DNA of 64,000 bases, from NCBI GenBank assembly GCA_963514005.1, contig OY740798.1:25296001-25360000 (forward strand), read 5' to 3'. This stretch comes from Raja brachyura (taxonomy: Eukaryota). Position numbers and translations under genes: made by a program. Each line of letters opens with the position of its first letter. The stretch's first letter is position 1. A model generated the notes under the pieces. That model made no database searches. It had not been told where the DNA came from and was given only the letters and a program-made list of their open reading frames with translations. Shown piece by piece: positions 25,087 through 36,932 of the stretch.

Positions 25087-26430
25087 TCCCTGAGAATTGA
25101 GTACTAATTCTGTTATTTAACCAAAGTCTCATGCTCCACATTGAAAACTAGCTCTGCATGATCACCGATTGGTCAGACAGCATTTAATTTCTGTGGGTTA
25201 CACAAAAAGCTGGAGAAACTCAGCGGGTGCAGCAGCATCTAAGGGGCGAAGGAGATAGGCGACGTTTCGGGTCGAGACCCTTCTTCAGACTGGCCTTAAT
25301 TTCTGTGCATACACTACGTAAGCCCAGTCTGCCTTGGCCAATGTGATCTCCCGAAAAGGCATCTATTCTTTTTCTCCAGATATGCTGTCTGACCTGTGGA
25401 GTTACTCTAGTAATTTGCGTCCATCTTTGGTATAAACCAGTATCATCAGCTGCTTCCTACACATACGCTTAATTTGTTGGTTAGTGCTATTTACACCTTT
25501 CATTGCAAAATCAAATGCCACTAAACAGAGGCAGCAAAATCTGTCCTGCTCTCTAACCAATTAATGTAAGCACATCTTTACGATGTGGGAAGAAACAAGC
25601 TTTAGGTAGAAACCCTCCCAGTCAAAGGGAGAATGTGCAAACTCTACAAGGATCCCTGGAGCCGAGGCAGACACAATAACTAGTGCAGCAGGAAGGCACT
25701 ATATGTTTGTTTCAAGAATCAAGTTATCAAGAAGCACATTGGGTTACGAATGAAGACAAATTATGAAAGGATAAAATTGTGAATGACAATCAAGTGTAAC
25801 GGGGAACAGTTGCATACTTTGGATGACAAATATTTTCTTAATGGCAAGACTAAGAATAGTGGCAGAGAAATGGAAGGTGGATGGCACTCCGATCAAAGTT
25901 TTAGTCAGAGTCAAACAGCACTGAAATAGGCCCTTCAGCACACATTTCCCATGCCGACCAAGTTGGCATATCAGCCTAGCCCAATTTGCCTGCATTTGGT
26001 CCATTGCCCTCAAACCTTCTAATCCATTTAGAAGTCACAGTATCCACTTCTAGGGGTTCCTCTGGCAGCCCATTCCAAAGACGGACTACCCTCAGAGTGA
26101 AATGGTTGCCCAATGCTCCTTTAAAATCTCTCCCCTCTCATCCTAGGCCTATGCCCTCTACAACGGGAAAATTTGACTGCTCATTTACCCATTCCTTACA
26201 ATGTCACCACACAGCCTTCCATGCTTCAAAAAAGTCCCATCATAAGATCATGCGTTAGAAGCAGAATTGGGCCATTTGGCCCATCAAGTCAATCATGGCT
26301 GATCTATCCCTCCCTCTTATACCCATTCTCCTGCCTTCTCATAACATCTGACATCTGCGCTAATCAAGAAACCCTCATCTGCAAATGATGACAGATGAAA
26401 AATTTGAAACCAACATGTGGCACTACTTAC

Positions 26431-26605
26431 TGCATGTACAACATCAATAACGGGTGCTGGTCCTTCTGGCTTTTTAGCATAGTTTAATCTGGTTTGTTCA
26501 CTAACCAGTGTCCACAATTTATCCAGATTTATGGTAGGACAGAATAACTGGCTCTTCTTTAAATGGAAATGTCTCATACCAACTTTTCCGAAATAACCAG
26601 GATGA
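26431..26605 (-). CDS. RPL27A: RPL27A exon 4
   Basis: [58 protein letters not shown]; ttcag/gtaagt splice sites. Confidence 0.97.
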
Positions 26606-27186
26606 CTGAAAAATAATAGGTGGTAAAATCAAATCTTTTCAGCATTAATAAACCATACATTTACAAAATTCAACCAAATGAAACAAGCATTTAAAAAAAA
26701 AGTTTCATTCAAGGAGTTATTCTCCCATTTTTCAAACCTACCAACGCTTTTAAAGTCAGGTGAAAATTAAGAATCTTCATCCCCGCTGCACGGAACAGTA
26801 CACCACAATGTTTGTGCCAAACAATGCAGTAAAACTGATCTCACCTGCCTGTACACGATCCATATCCCTCTATATAAAGAAATGGCTGGAGTAACTCAGC
26901 AGGACAGGCAGCATCTCTGGATAGAAGGAATGGACTTGATGGACTATAGACTGAAGAGTCTCGACTCGAAACGTCGTCCACTCCTTTTATCCCAAGATGC
27001 TGCCTATCCCCATAGTTACTCCAGCATTTTGTGTCCATCTTCAGTGTAAATTAGCATCAGAAGTTTCTTCATACACATCCATTTTCCTCTATCCCCCGCA
27101 TTCCCATGACCCTATCTAAAACACTACGATCATAACAGCTTCGCTAACGGGATCACCCTATGCGTGAAGAGTTCACTGGTGCATCT

Positions 27187-27204
27187 TGCGACCAGGGGGC
27201 AGCG
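27187..27204 (+). promoter_or_regulatory. Candidate CTCF site within a MITE-like remnant in RPL27A intron 3
   Basis: GCGACCAGGGGGCAGCG fits the CTCF core consensus. Confidence 0.45.
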
Positions 27205-27330
27205 TTGGAACATCCCTCCGTTATAAATGAAATCCGTATAATGGGGTCCGTTATAAAACGGGTTTACTGTTGATACCCCACACTGTGATCACACTCAAGG
27301 ATAGAAACACTTATTTGTACAATAACATAC

Positions 27331-27431
<101 letters not shown>

Positions 27432-27491
27432 TCATCTAGTGTTTAAAGATACACACACAAAAAACAAAACAATCTTGCATTTTTGACTCAC

Positions 27492-27555
27492 CAATACGGC
27501 CATGACCATGGCTAACGTGCCCTCTCAACTTCCTGGTTTTTCTAAATCTGGTGGG
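27492..27555 (-). CDS. RPL27A: RPL27A exon 2
   Basis: [21 protein letters not shown]; tttag/gtgag. Confidence 0.97.
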
Positions 27556-28499
27556 CTAAAATAAGTTTGAAGTCAGGTCATTTTGACAATCCAACAACAT
27601 TGTTTGCAGTCCTGTGACATACACTATTTTAGCTAATGCACGAATATTTAAAAAAAATCATGCCCACAGAGTTTACTATATTTTATTGTAAAATTTCTTG
27701 TTTTGAACCAGTGTCTTGTTTTTTGCAGTCTTTTATTTTAACTTTGCAGTTGTATAAACTCTCACCAACTTCTAGATGCGCCATAGAAAACATTTTATCA
27801 CAACATGGTTTGGGAGCAGCTCCTGTCTGTCTGCAAGGAAGTGCAGACAGGTGTGGGCGTAGCCCAGACCATCATACAAACCAACCACCCTTCCATTGAC
27901 TCCATCTACACTTCATGCTGCCTTGGCAAGGATAATTAAGGATGAGACACACTCCCTCTTCTCCCCTCTGGCAAAACACACCTCCAGATTCAGGGACAGT
28001 TTCTTCCCAGCTGTTATCAGGAACTGAATCATCCTATCACCAACTAGTGTGGTTAATGAACATTAACCGACATTAATGAATTCAAATATTCTACTTATTG
28101 GCATTTTCTGGTTTCGCTTCCTTCTATTCTCACCTAGATTAAAATTCTCAATAAACACATTTGAATGAGAGCTCGCCTAAGGCACTGGATGAATTTGCAC
28201 ACAAGAGAATGCAAATGCTAGAATCATACCTTTTAAAAAAAAAATGCTGGTAAAACTCAGCAAAACAAACCTGAAACGCCGTCAGTCCACATCCCACCTC
28301 AGATGGCAAACCTGACGGGTTAATTTGTACACATTCCAACCCCAATGTTCTCCTCTAGCTGCTCAGGCACTCGAGTCCTGCACTTTTTTTTATACCTCTA
28401 GTCACCTTGTCCCCCGACTCCTAGTCTGGAGAGTCTCGACCTGAAACGTCACCTATTCCTTCTCTCCAGATATTCCGCATGTTGTGTCAACCTGCATCG

Positions 28500-28900
28500 C
28501 CCGGCTAACAGCGAATTCTGCATGAACCAGGGAGCGGGAAGCCGGCCGGTCAGCTGGACCCGGCCATCAGCGCATCGCCGCACCGCGCTCAGCCTCTCCT
28601 CACTAGGCCGCAAATATAGGCCGGCTAAATCTAGGCGAATTTCGCCAAATCGCATACAACCCCACAGCGAAATCACCACCCGCTTTACGGGCAGGAGACG
28701 CCGCATCCATGCCGCCACGTTAAAGCCCGGGATGGTGTCGCCGGGCGGCGGATGGCGGCGGATTGAGTGCGCGGAGAAGGAGGGCGCAGAGCAGCCAGCG
28801 CGACCTACCATCTTGGGCCGTGACGTAAGAGGAGCGACGTCCACGGCGCGCGCGCTTTTATTCCTCACGCACCGCGCGTTACGCAGCGCATGCGCCGTCA
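28500..28900 (-). promoter_or_regulatory. RPL27A: RPL27A CpG-island promoter with 5'-TOP initiator, TATA-like and NRF1 motifs
   Basis: CTCCTCTT polypyrimidine tract (28827-28834), AATAAAA at 28856-28862, palindromic GCGCATGCGC at 28886-28895, high CpG density. Confidence 0.8.
28809..28811 (-). CDS. RPL27A: RPL27A exon 1 (ATG only)
   Basis: CCCAAG ATG|gtaggt in a CpG island; exons sum to 447 nt = 148 aa + stop. Confidence 0.9.
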
Positions 28901-29139
28901 CACATCTCCACTATTCAGTCTCGGGGGGGGGGGGGGGGGAGCACCTTCAGCCTTTGTGGGTCAGGGGATTGGAGCTTCACCTCAGGTCAAATAGATACAA
29001 TATCCTGGAGTAACTCAGCAGGACATGCATCTTTGGAGAGAATGGATGGGTGAATATCAATGGATTTTAAAAAAAGCAGAGTTAGATAGATTCTTGATTA
29101 GTACAGGTCTCAGGGGTTATGGGGAGAAGGCAGGAGAAT

Positions 29140-29980
29140 GGGGTCAAGAGTGTTTTATTGTCATATGTCCCGGACGGGACAATTAAATTCTTACTTGCTG
29201 CAGCACAACAGAATATGTGAATATGTAAACATTGTATATAATGGGGGAAAAAAAAGAAAAAGTTCAATAAATAACAAATATAGTGCAAATAACAAATAAT
29301 ATAGTGTTAAAGAAGGAACTGCAGGTGCTGGAGAATCGAGGGTACACAAAAGGCTGGAGAAACTCAGCGGGTGCAGCAGCATCTAAAGAGAGCGAAGGAG
29401 ATAGGCGACGTTTCGGGTCGAGATCCTTCTTCAGACTGGTTAGGGATCAGCCTTTTGTGTACCCACTAATAATATAGTCTTTTGCAGTTCCTATGGCTGG
29501 GGGGGGGAGAAGCTGTTCCTGAACCTGGACGTTCCAGTCTTCAGGCTCCTGTACCTTCTTCCTGATGGCAGTAGTGAGATAAGGGTGTGGCCAGGGATGG
29601 TGTGGGTCCGTGATGATGTTGGCTGCCTTTTCAAGCCAGCGACTACGATAGATCCCTTTGAGTTCAAAGTCGGTGATGGACTGGGCAGTGTTCACAACGT
29701 TTTGTAGTCTTTTTCACTCCTGGAGGTTCAAGTTGCCGAACCAGGCCACGATGTAATCAGTCAGAATGCTCTCTACCGTGCACATGTAGAAGTTTGGGAG
29801 AATCCTCTTCGACATGCCAAATCTCTGTAATCTTCTCAGGAAGTAGAGTCGCTGATGTGCCTTCTTTACAATTGCATCAGTGTGCTGGGTCCAGGAAAGA
29901 TCTTCCGATATATGCACGTCCATGAATTTGAAGTTATTGATCCTCTCCACCATTGTCCCATTGATATAAACAGGATTGTG
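29140..29980 (-). mobile_element. Rex1/Babar-type LINE 3' fragment with an inserted PLE-pLTR piece (~29310-29465)
   Basis: MVERINNFKFMDVHISEDLSW...ESILTDYIVAWFGN; ATGACAATAAAAC 3' end near 29150. Confidence 0.82.
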
Positions 29981-30163
29981 GGAGGGAGAGATAGATCAGC
30001 CATGATTGATTAGCGGAGTAGACTTGATGGGCCGAATGGCCTAATTGTGCTCCAATTAATGACCTTATGACGTTTCGGGTTGAGACCCTTCCTCAGACTG
30101 AGTGTGGGGGATAGGGAGATACAGAGATAAGGAAGGGTAAGGTGTGAAAATGATACATAAAAG

Positions 30164-33100
30164 TAGCGATATTACAAAACCTACCTTCAGCGGCGCTACA
30201 AATCTGCCACTGCTTTTTTTTGGGGGGGGGAGCGGGAATAAAATGCAGGTTTGTATTGGTTGTCGAAGAGGGATTTCCTCGGGCTGCTAGCTGAAGAAGA
30301 AAAATCGTTCGCGCTTCCGTTCATGTTTTTTTTTAAAATTGCTGTACCTTTGCATCGCTGTATTGAACTTAAACGCAACTAAAAAAGCCTTCACCGTTTT
30401 CAACATCATGGATTGCAAGTGCAAGACAAAACAAAAGGTATGTCATTTATTTAACATGTTATTTTGCTTTTTGGTGTGACTTTATTTTAATCTCATGATC
30501 TTGCCTGCCGACATGGCTTAAAATTTACGGCAACGGCAATGTTCCAATCGATCACATCCACTCTAAAGATGATCAAATTCTTTTTTTTTGGACAATCATG
30601 TCAGAAGAGCATCTAAATCATCTAGATTTTGTGTTATTGTCTATCCATGATCAATATTTTCACACTAAATATCCACAACAGTTTTAGTCAGATGTATTGT
30701 GCAAAAAATAATGATTTTATCTTGAGAGTGGATGTTTCTGGACTAATTTATGGGAATTAAACATTAAATTCCTTGCATTTGAAATATCAATTCATGACAA
30801 AGTGAGATTTAAAAATCATGTTATATTGTGAAAGCGTGTGAATGGGATCAGTTTGTTATTTGTTATTTGGATACTTAGGCTATTAAAAAATAAACTTTTT
30901 CTTAAGAAATGGATAGATGTTTAGATCTAGTAATTGAATTTAGATGATTTTAATTGATTAGATTAATTTAATTGATTTGATGAAACTGATGAATATGAAT
31001 TTTTTGTTGGGTATTTACTATTTGTTTTAGTGTTTAACGTTATCATTTCTACCTTTTTTCTAAAACTCCAAATAATAACTTGTTTCTGTTAATGCTGTTC
31101 AGCGTGGTTTTTTTCTTTACATTTTAAACAGATGTCTCCCAAGAAGAGATGCAAAATTGTCAATCCAAATGCCCAGCAAAAGAGACTGATTTAGGCAGCA
31201 TTCGCAGAGATTATCCGAAATTGGACTACTCCAAATGTGATGATCTACAGGACATTCTTAATGGGAATGTAGTGGGCAGAAAGGCATGTCATGTGTGGTT
31301 TGAAGAGCAAAAACTTGTAGTTTACAATGCCAAAATTGAAAAGTTGAGGAAAAGCAAGGCTTATTGGTTACAATCTGAAGAGTATGATGATGCTACTGAT
31401 TATGATCTGCCAATGTACCAGCTAGCAGCTGATCTTCTCCATAAAGACTTGGTCTATTGCTAGAAATTGTAATTTATTTACCTATCTGTTACGGACTTAC
31501 AGCATATAATACAATAATATTAAAGTTCTGATCTTGAGAATATCACATTTTTGAATTTTCAAGGCAGTCTGGGTGTTTATTACCATTTCCGTCACAACGG
31601 TCAATTTTGTAATTAGCTACAATTAGGTAACTAACTAATTATATGCTTTCATTTCAGGTCATCCAAGTAAGCTGTTTCATATTTGTTTCAGAATGCTTCA
31701 ATCTATAATAACTGAAATTTTCATTCAGTTCTCTTAATTTTTAATAAAGTTATGGGCTTTTGACTCTCCTCGATCACAGCTTTTGTGTTTTAGTTCTGGT
31801 TATAAACTAAATCTTAGTAAGAGTGAGCTCTTTCCATTAAATAATCTAGTTTCGAATTATGGACAGTTTCCATTTAGATTGACTACTGAATGTTTTACTT
31901 ATTTAGGCATTAAGATGACCAAGAAACACAAGGATTTATTTAAAGCCAATTTTACGCCTTTAATTGACTACATCACACAACAGTTCACTAAGTGGTCACC
32001 AATGTCCTTATCTCTAATAAGCCAAATCAATGCTATTAAAATGTTTATCTTACCTAAATTTTTATACTTATTTCAGACGATACCAATTTTTATTCCTAAA
32101 TCTTTGATATCATTGGCTCCAAAATTTTCTTATATAAATGGCAGAATAAACATTCCAGCCTGAGTAAAAAATACTTACAGAAATCAAAAAAAGATGGTGG
32201 TTTGGCACTGCCGAACTGTAGATTTTACTATTGGGCAGTTAATGCTCCCTATTTAACGTTTTGTACAAAAGATTTAGAAGATACCCAATGTCCAGGATGG
32301 ATAAATCTTGAACGTGATTGTATGCAAGGGCTACCATTGGATTCTATTCTAGGGGCCTCGTTACCTTTTACAATTACGAGATTGAATAAATACACGACTA
32401 ACCCAATATTAAGACATACACTTCAAATATGGTTTCAATTTCGTAAGTTTTTTGGATTGAATGATTTAATTAATCGAGTCCTATCATATCTAATTTTTTC
32501 TTTCAACTTTCTAGCACTGCTCAAGCCTTTCTGTTATGGAAGAGGAAGGGATTAGTAGCTTTTCGTGATTTGTTTTCAGATGGTTGTTTTATGTCTTTTG
32601 AACAACTCCCCAATAAATATAATTTACCTAACTCACATTTTTTTAAGATATTTACGAATTAGACATTTTTTTTAGGGCTACTCTACCCTTTTTTCCATTA
32701 CCACATCAAACCGATATCTTGGAATTTTTTTTACATTTGAACCTTTATCAGAAGGGCTTAATAACGATTATTTATGAGTTAATTTTGAAATTTAAAAAAA
32801 GTACATTTGATAAAATTAAGAATGACTGGGAAAGAGAACTACAAATTTCTTTATCTATAGAAAAATGGGAGAGGATTCTTTAATTAGTTAATACTTCCTC
32901 AATGTGTGCAAGACACGCTTTGACACAATTCAAGGTAGTTCACAGAGCTCATAAGTCCAAAGATAAGTTAACTCGTTTTTATGGTCAAATACATCTTACC
33001 TGTGACAAATGTAATTCTGAAGTGGCCTCATTGACTCGTATGTTTTGGTCCTGCCCGCTTTTGGAAAAATATTGGAAATAAATTGTTAAACTATCTCTGT

Positions 33101-33965
33101 AGTTTTAGGTATTGATTTACAACCTCATCCTATACTGCAATTTTTGGGCTACCAATGTTAGATTCTATTCACCTGTCCCTTTCCGCCCATCGGCTGATTG
33201 CTTTTACCACATTAATTGCCAGAAGATTTATTTTATTTACATGGAAAGATTCCAATCCTCCATTGGTACACTGAAACGATATCATGTTTAAATTTAGAAA
33301 AAATTAGGAGTGACATTGTTGAACCCTTGGTTAAATTTGATAAGACTTGGGGAAGATTTATTCAACATTTTCATATGACATAAACTGTCCCCTCTCCAAC
33401 TGTTATAATAATTTTTTTAACTGGTATACGGTGGAACGGACTTGTCGACAAACAGGGACTTAAATTGTTGAAACTCTTTGTAGCCCAGATTCTGTTTTGT
33501 TTTATTTATTTTCTCTTTAGTTTGTTGGGGTTTTGTTTTTTTGTTTTTTCTCTTTTCTCTTTTTTTTCTTTTTATCTTTTTGTTTTTATACATATAAGTT
33601 CTCTTTTAAACACTTAGCTATATTTACATAGAGACCGGGAGGTCTATATTCAATGTATATTTTGACACTGGACTCATATTTAGGTTATACCTGCCATTAA
33701 TGTAACCCTGATCCTATATATCAATATAACTGTTATGTTTATCATTACTTTTTTGTTCTTTAGTTTTTGCTTTTGAAAAAAAAGAATAAAAATGTAAAAG
33801 AAAAAGAAAGATGCTGATTTCCGAGTATGAAAATGGCCATAACTTTTTTAATACTGAAGATATGAAAGTGAAAGAGGTATCAAATTAAAGTTATTTTAAT
33901 GCTTTATCTGATGGGATAAATTACAGGCTTCATTTTTTAAATCTCAAAATTTTGTAACATTCCTA
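30164..33965 (+). mobile_element. Non-autonomous DNA transposon, copy 2 (hAT-like), opposite orientation
   Basis: TAGCGATATTACAAAA ... TTTTGTAACATTCCTA; 7-bp TSD ATAAAAG/ATCAAAG inside a PLE remnant; coding remnant 31132-31463. Confidence 0.88.
31790..33808 (+). mobile_element. L1 LINE, 5'-truncated (ORF2 C-terminus, 3' UTR, poly(A)), nested in transposon copy 2
   Basis: SGYKLNLSKSELFP, FTYLGIKMT, INAIKMFILPKFLYLFQTIP, GGLALPN, C-terminal Cys motif; T-rich 3' UTR, AATAAA and A-rich tail. Confidence 0.9.
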
Positions 33966-34829
33966 ATCAAAGGGGATGAGGTTCAATAAAAATGTAGAAT
34001 AGATAATTATTAGTGAGGAGAAGGTGACAACGAAGCATACAAATATAACATTTTTAATAATAGGAGGATAGTCAGTGGTTGGAGAACTAGGATCGGAGAT
34101 GGATGGAGAGGGAAAACAAGGATTCGAGAAGTCAATTTACCGCTGGGTTGTAAGCTGCCCAAGTGAAATATGAGGTGCTGTTCCTCCAATTTACTTTGGA
34201 CCTCACTCTGACAGTGGAAGAGGTCCATGACAGATAAGTCAGTTTTGTTTCCATTATAATCGTTACATCAAACCCAGATCTCTGGCGCTGTGAGGCAGCA
34301 ACTCTACTACTGCTGTGCTACCGTGCCATCCTTACAAAATGCTAATTCTTCTTCTGCCCGAATGATATCTCTGGCATTGTATTCTCACGTGAAGCCACTA
34401 TTTAAAATGTATATCTATTTGTCAAAATTGCAATTTTATCTTCTGCTGAAGCAACAGTAAAATGGCATGATTTATAGGTCTGTTCCCCATTTGAGAGGGA
34501 CTCCACAGCAGAATTATATTTAGAGCAATTTGATTTTGGAAAGTTGGACAAGACCATGGGGTATCTTTGAGATTTACTTGAACGTTAAAGTGTTTCCTGT
34601 GGAATATCTAACCCATAGCATATAATGAACCCGGAACATGGAACAGTACAACACCGGAACAGGCCATTCGGCCCACAATGTCTGTGTCAAACATGATGCT
34701 AATTTACTTTGGACCTCACTCTGGGTGAGAAACTAGAGAAACTAATCTCTTCTGCCTGCATGTTATCTATAAGTATCACGTCTGCTACCAGATATTCTCC
34801 CCAATGTCTGTTTCTGTTGATGAAAAACT

Positions 34830-35170
34830 GTCATCTGTGATCTCTGTCTGTAATATCTCCATCTGAAATATCTCTTTCTGTCTGCGATCCCTGTGTGTGA
34901 TATCTCTGACCTCTTTGTCTGCGATCTGTCTTCATCTACGACCTCTCTCTGTCTGTGATCTCTCTGTGATCCCCCTCTCCACCTGTGACATCTCTGCCCG
35001 TGATCTCTCCTTCAGTCTGAGATGGAGAGACCCACTCTCTATCTGTAATCTCTCCGTCTGGGATCTGTCTGATCACTCTGCCTGGGCCCCAGACAGAGAG
35101 AGATCAGACCTGAGAGGGAGAGGTCATATTTCATAACCTCTCCGTCTCAAGCCTGATCTCTGTATTTCAG
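34830..35170. repeat. Degenerate tandem repeat (~14-15 bp, ATCTCTCTGTCTGTG-like) upstream of the B7-H6-like gene
   Basis: Repeated (G/A)ATCTC(T/C)..TCTG units visible by eye. Confidence 0.6.
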
Positions 35171-35280
35171 ATGTCCCGCTGTCTAAGGAAACACCCTTCC
35201 CCTCCCCGAGCAAGCTGCGCTGTGTCCCACAGAGGGAGACAGAGAGATGCAAGTCGTTCCTCTCCTCGCCCAACACCGGC

Positions 35281-35292
35281 AAAAGTGAAACC
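35281..35292 (+). promoter_or_regulatory. IRF-binding element / ISRE-like site in the GC-rich promoter of the B7-H6-like gene
   Basis: AAAAGTGAAACC matches the IRF1/2 consensus AAA(G/C)(T/C)GAAA(G/C)(T/C); ~80 bp upstream of the ATG. Confidence 0.65.
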
Positions 35293-35373
35293 AAGGCGGC
35301 GGCTGGCGGCGAGGGGGGAGCGGGGAGCGGGGAGCGGGAGCTCGGGCTCGGGGCAGGCTGGGCAGCGAGGGCC

Positions 35374-35440
35374 ATGGGGCGGCTGGGGAACCCACTGAGA
35401 CAACTCCTGCTCCTGCTGGTGATGTTGGCGCCACACTCAG
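35374..35440 (+). CDS. NCR3LG1: B7-H6 (NCR3LG1)-like gene exon 1, signal peptide
   Basis: GCCATGG Kozak context; MGRLGNPLRQLLLLLVMLAPHS; G|gtcag phase-1 donor; CpG island. Confidence 0.85.
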
Positions 35441-35827
35441 GTCAGAGCCGTGGCTGGGCTAGGGAGCGGGGGCCGAGAGGCCGCTTGGGTGGCAGAATGG
35501 GGAGCCCGGTGCCCGACCTTTCCCGGGGGCTGGTCGCTGCCTCGGGGGGTTTAGCCTGGCTTCATGGTCTGCACGGACATTGTGGGCCGAAGGGCTTGTT
35601 CCTCTGCTGTACTGTTCTATGTATAAAGATTAACGTGGTTCTGGTAGGCCGCAAGGCGTGTTCCTATGATATACTGTGCCATGTTCTGTGTATAAAGGCC
35701 AGCAAGGATATTGTCGGCCAAAGGGCCTGATCCTGGGCTACACTGTTCTATGTGTAGATGTGTAATAGCACAAACATTACGGGCTGACAGCTCTGTTCCT
35801 CCTCTGTACTGTTCTATGTGTAAATGT

Positions 35828-36125
35828 CAGGGTGGCACAGTGGTGCAATGGTAGAGTTGCGACCTTACAGTGCCACAGACCCTGGTTTGTTCCTGATTTT
35901 AGGTGCTGTCTATAAGGAGGTTGTCCGTTCTCCCTGTGACTGTGTGGGTTTTCTCCGGATATTCCGGTTTCCTCCCACACTCAAAGTACAAGTTTGTAGG
36001 TTAATTAGCTTCGGACAAAATTGTTCCTAGTGAGTAGGATAGTGTTAGAGTACGGGATTATAGCTGGTCTGCACTGACTCGGTGGGCCGAAGGGCCTATT
36101 TCCACATTGTTTCTCTAAAGTCTAA
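35828..36125 (+). mobile_element. tRNA-derived SINE (elasmobranch type)
   Basis: GGTGGCACAGTGG A-box-like head, CR1-like tail GGGCCGAAGGGCCT, (TCTAAAG)n end; homologous copies near 23250, 39440, 41465, 48840, 50100, 53330 and 60365. Confidence 0.8.
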
Positions 36126-36581
36126 AGCTTCTAAACTCAGCATAGATATTGTGGGCTGAACTGAAGGGCCTATTTCTCTGCTAAACTGTTTTATGTATAA
36201 TGGGTGGCCAAATGGCCCGATCTTGTACTGTACTATTTAAGATCTTTGGTGGGGGTGTCTTTGACAAGATCGTACTTGGGATGTTTTCTCTGGTGGGAGA
36301 GGCATGATCAAGGGGATATGGCTACTAAGTAAGGAGTCGGTCATAGTGCCATACAGCACGGAATGAGGCCTGTCGACCCACCTTGTCCATGCCGACCAAT
36401 GTGCTCCATCTAAGCTAGTCCCACCCATCCACATTTAGATCATTTTTGTAGGGTGCATTCTAACATGCAAATATTTTAACATATTTTAATATGTATATTT
36501 GTAAAAAAAGAAATACATATTTTAATATGTATTTAAAATATTTTTAATATTCTAATATGTACTTTTTTTTCCAATTTACAG

Positions 36582-36932
36582 GACAGTTGACATTGAAAGC
36601 AAGCAAAAGTCCAGCGGAAGTCATCCTGTACGAAAATGGACTTCTCGAGTGTGAGATTGCTAATCTCAGTGCGATTACTTTGAACCCAAATAATTTAGGC
36701 GTTTTATGGGCTTTTACCCATGGAACTAAAGAATTAAATATCTTTATGTATTCTGACGGAAAGATAACAAAGCAGTCGGAGGAAGCAGAGCTGTCTGAAA
36801 GCTCCATTTTAAATGGAAACATGTCACTTTTCCTGAGAAATGTTACGTTAAAACATTTTGGGGAATATCGCTGTGAGGTTGTTATTCCACCAAATTACAA
36901 AGCTTCTCTGACGGTAAAGCTTGAAGTTTTAG
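36582..36932 (+). CDS. NCR3LG1: B7-H6-like exon 2, IgV domain
   Basis: C..[27 protein letters not shown]...VKLEVL closely resembles B7-H6 [26 protein letters not shown]...VQLEVV; phase 1-1. Confidence 0.9.

Noticed and set aside
28449-29013. 150-aa and 163-aa ORFs over the RPL27A start
   Set aside because: By-products of the stop-poor CpG island; the real coding content is the ATG-only exon 1.
35828-35900. tRNA-like A/B box sequence
   Set aside because: Head of a multi-copy SINE, with no cloverleaf; not a tRNA gene.
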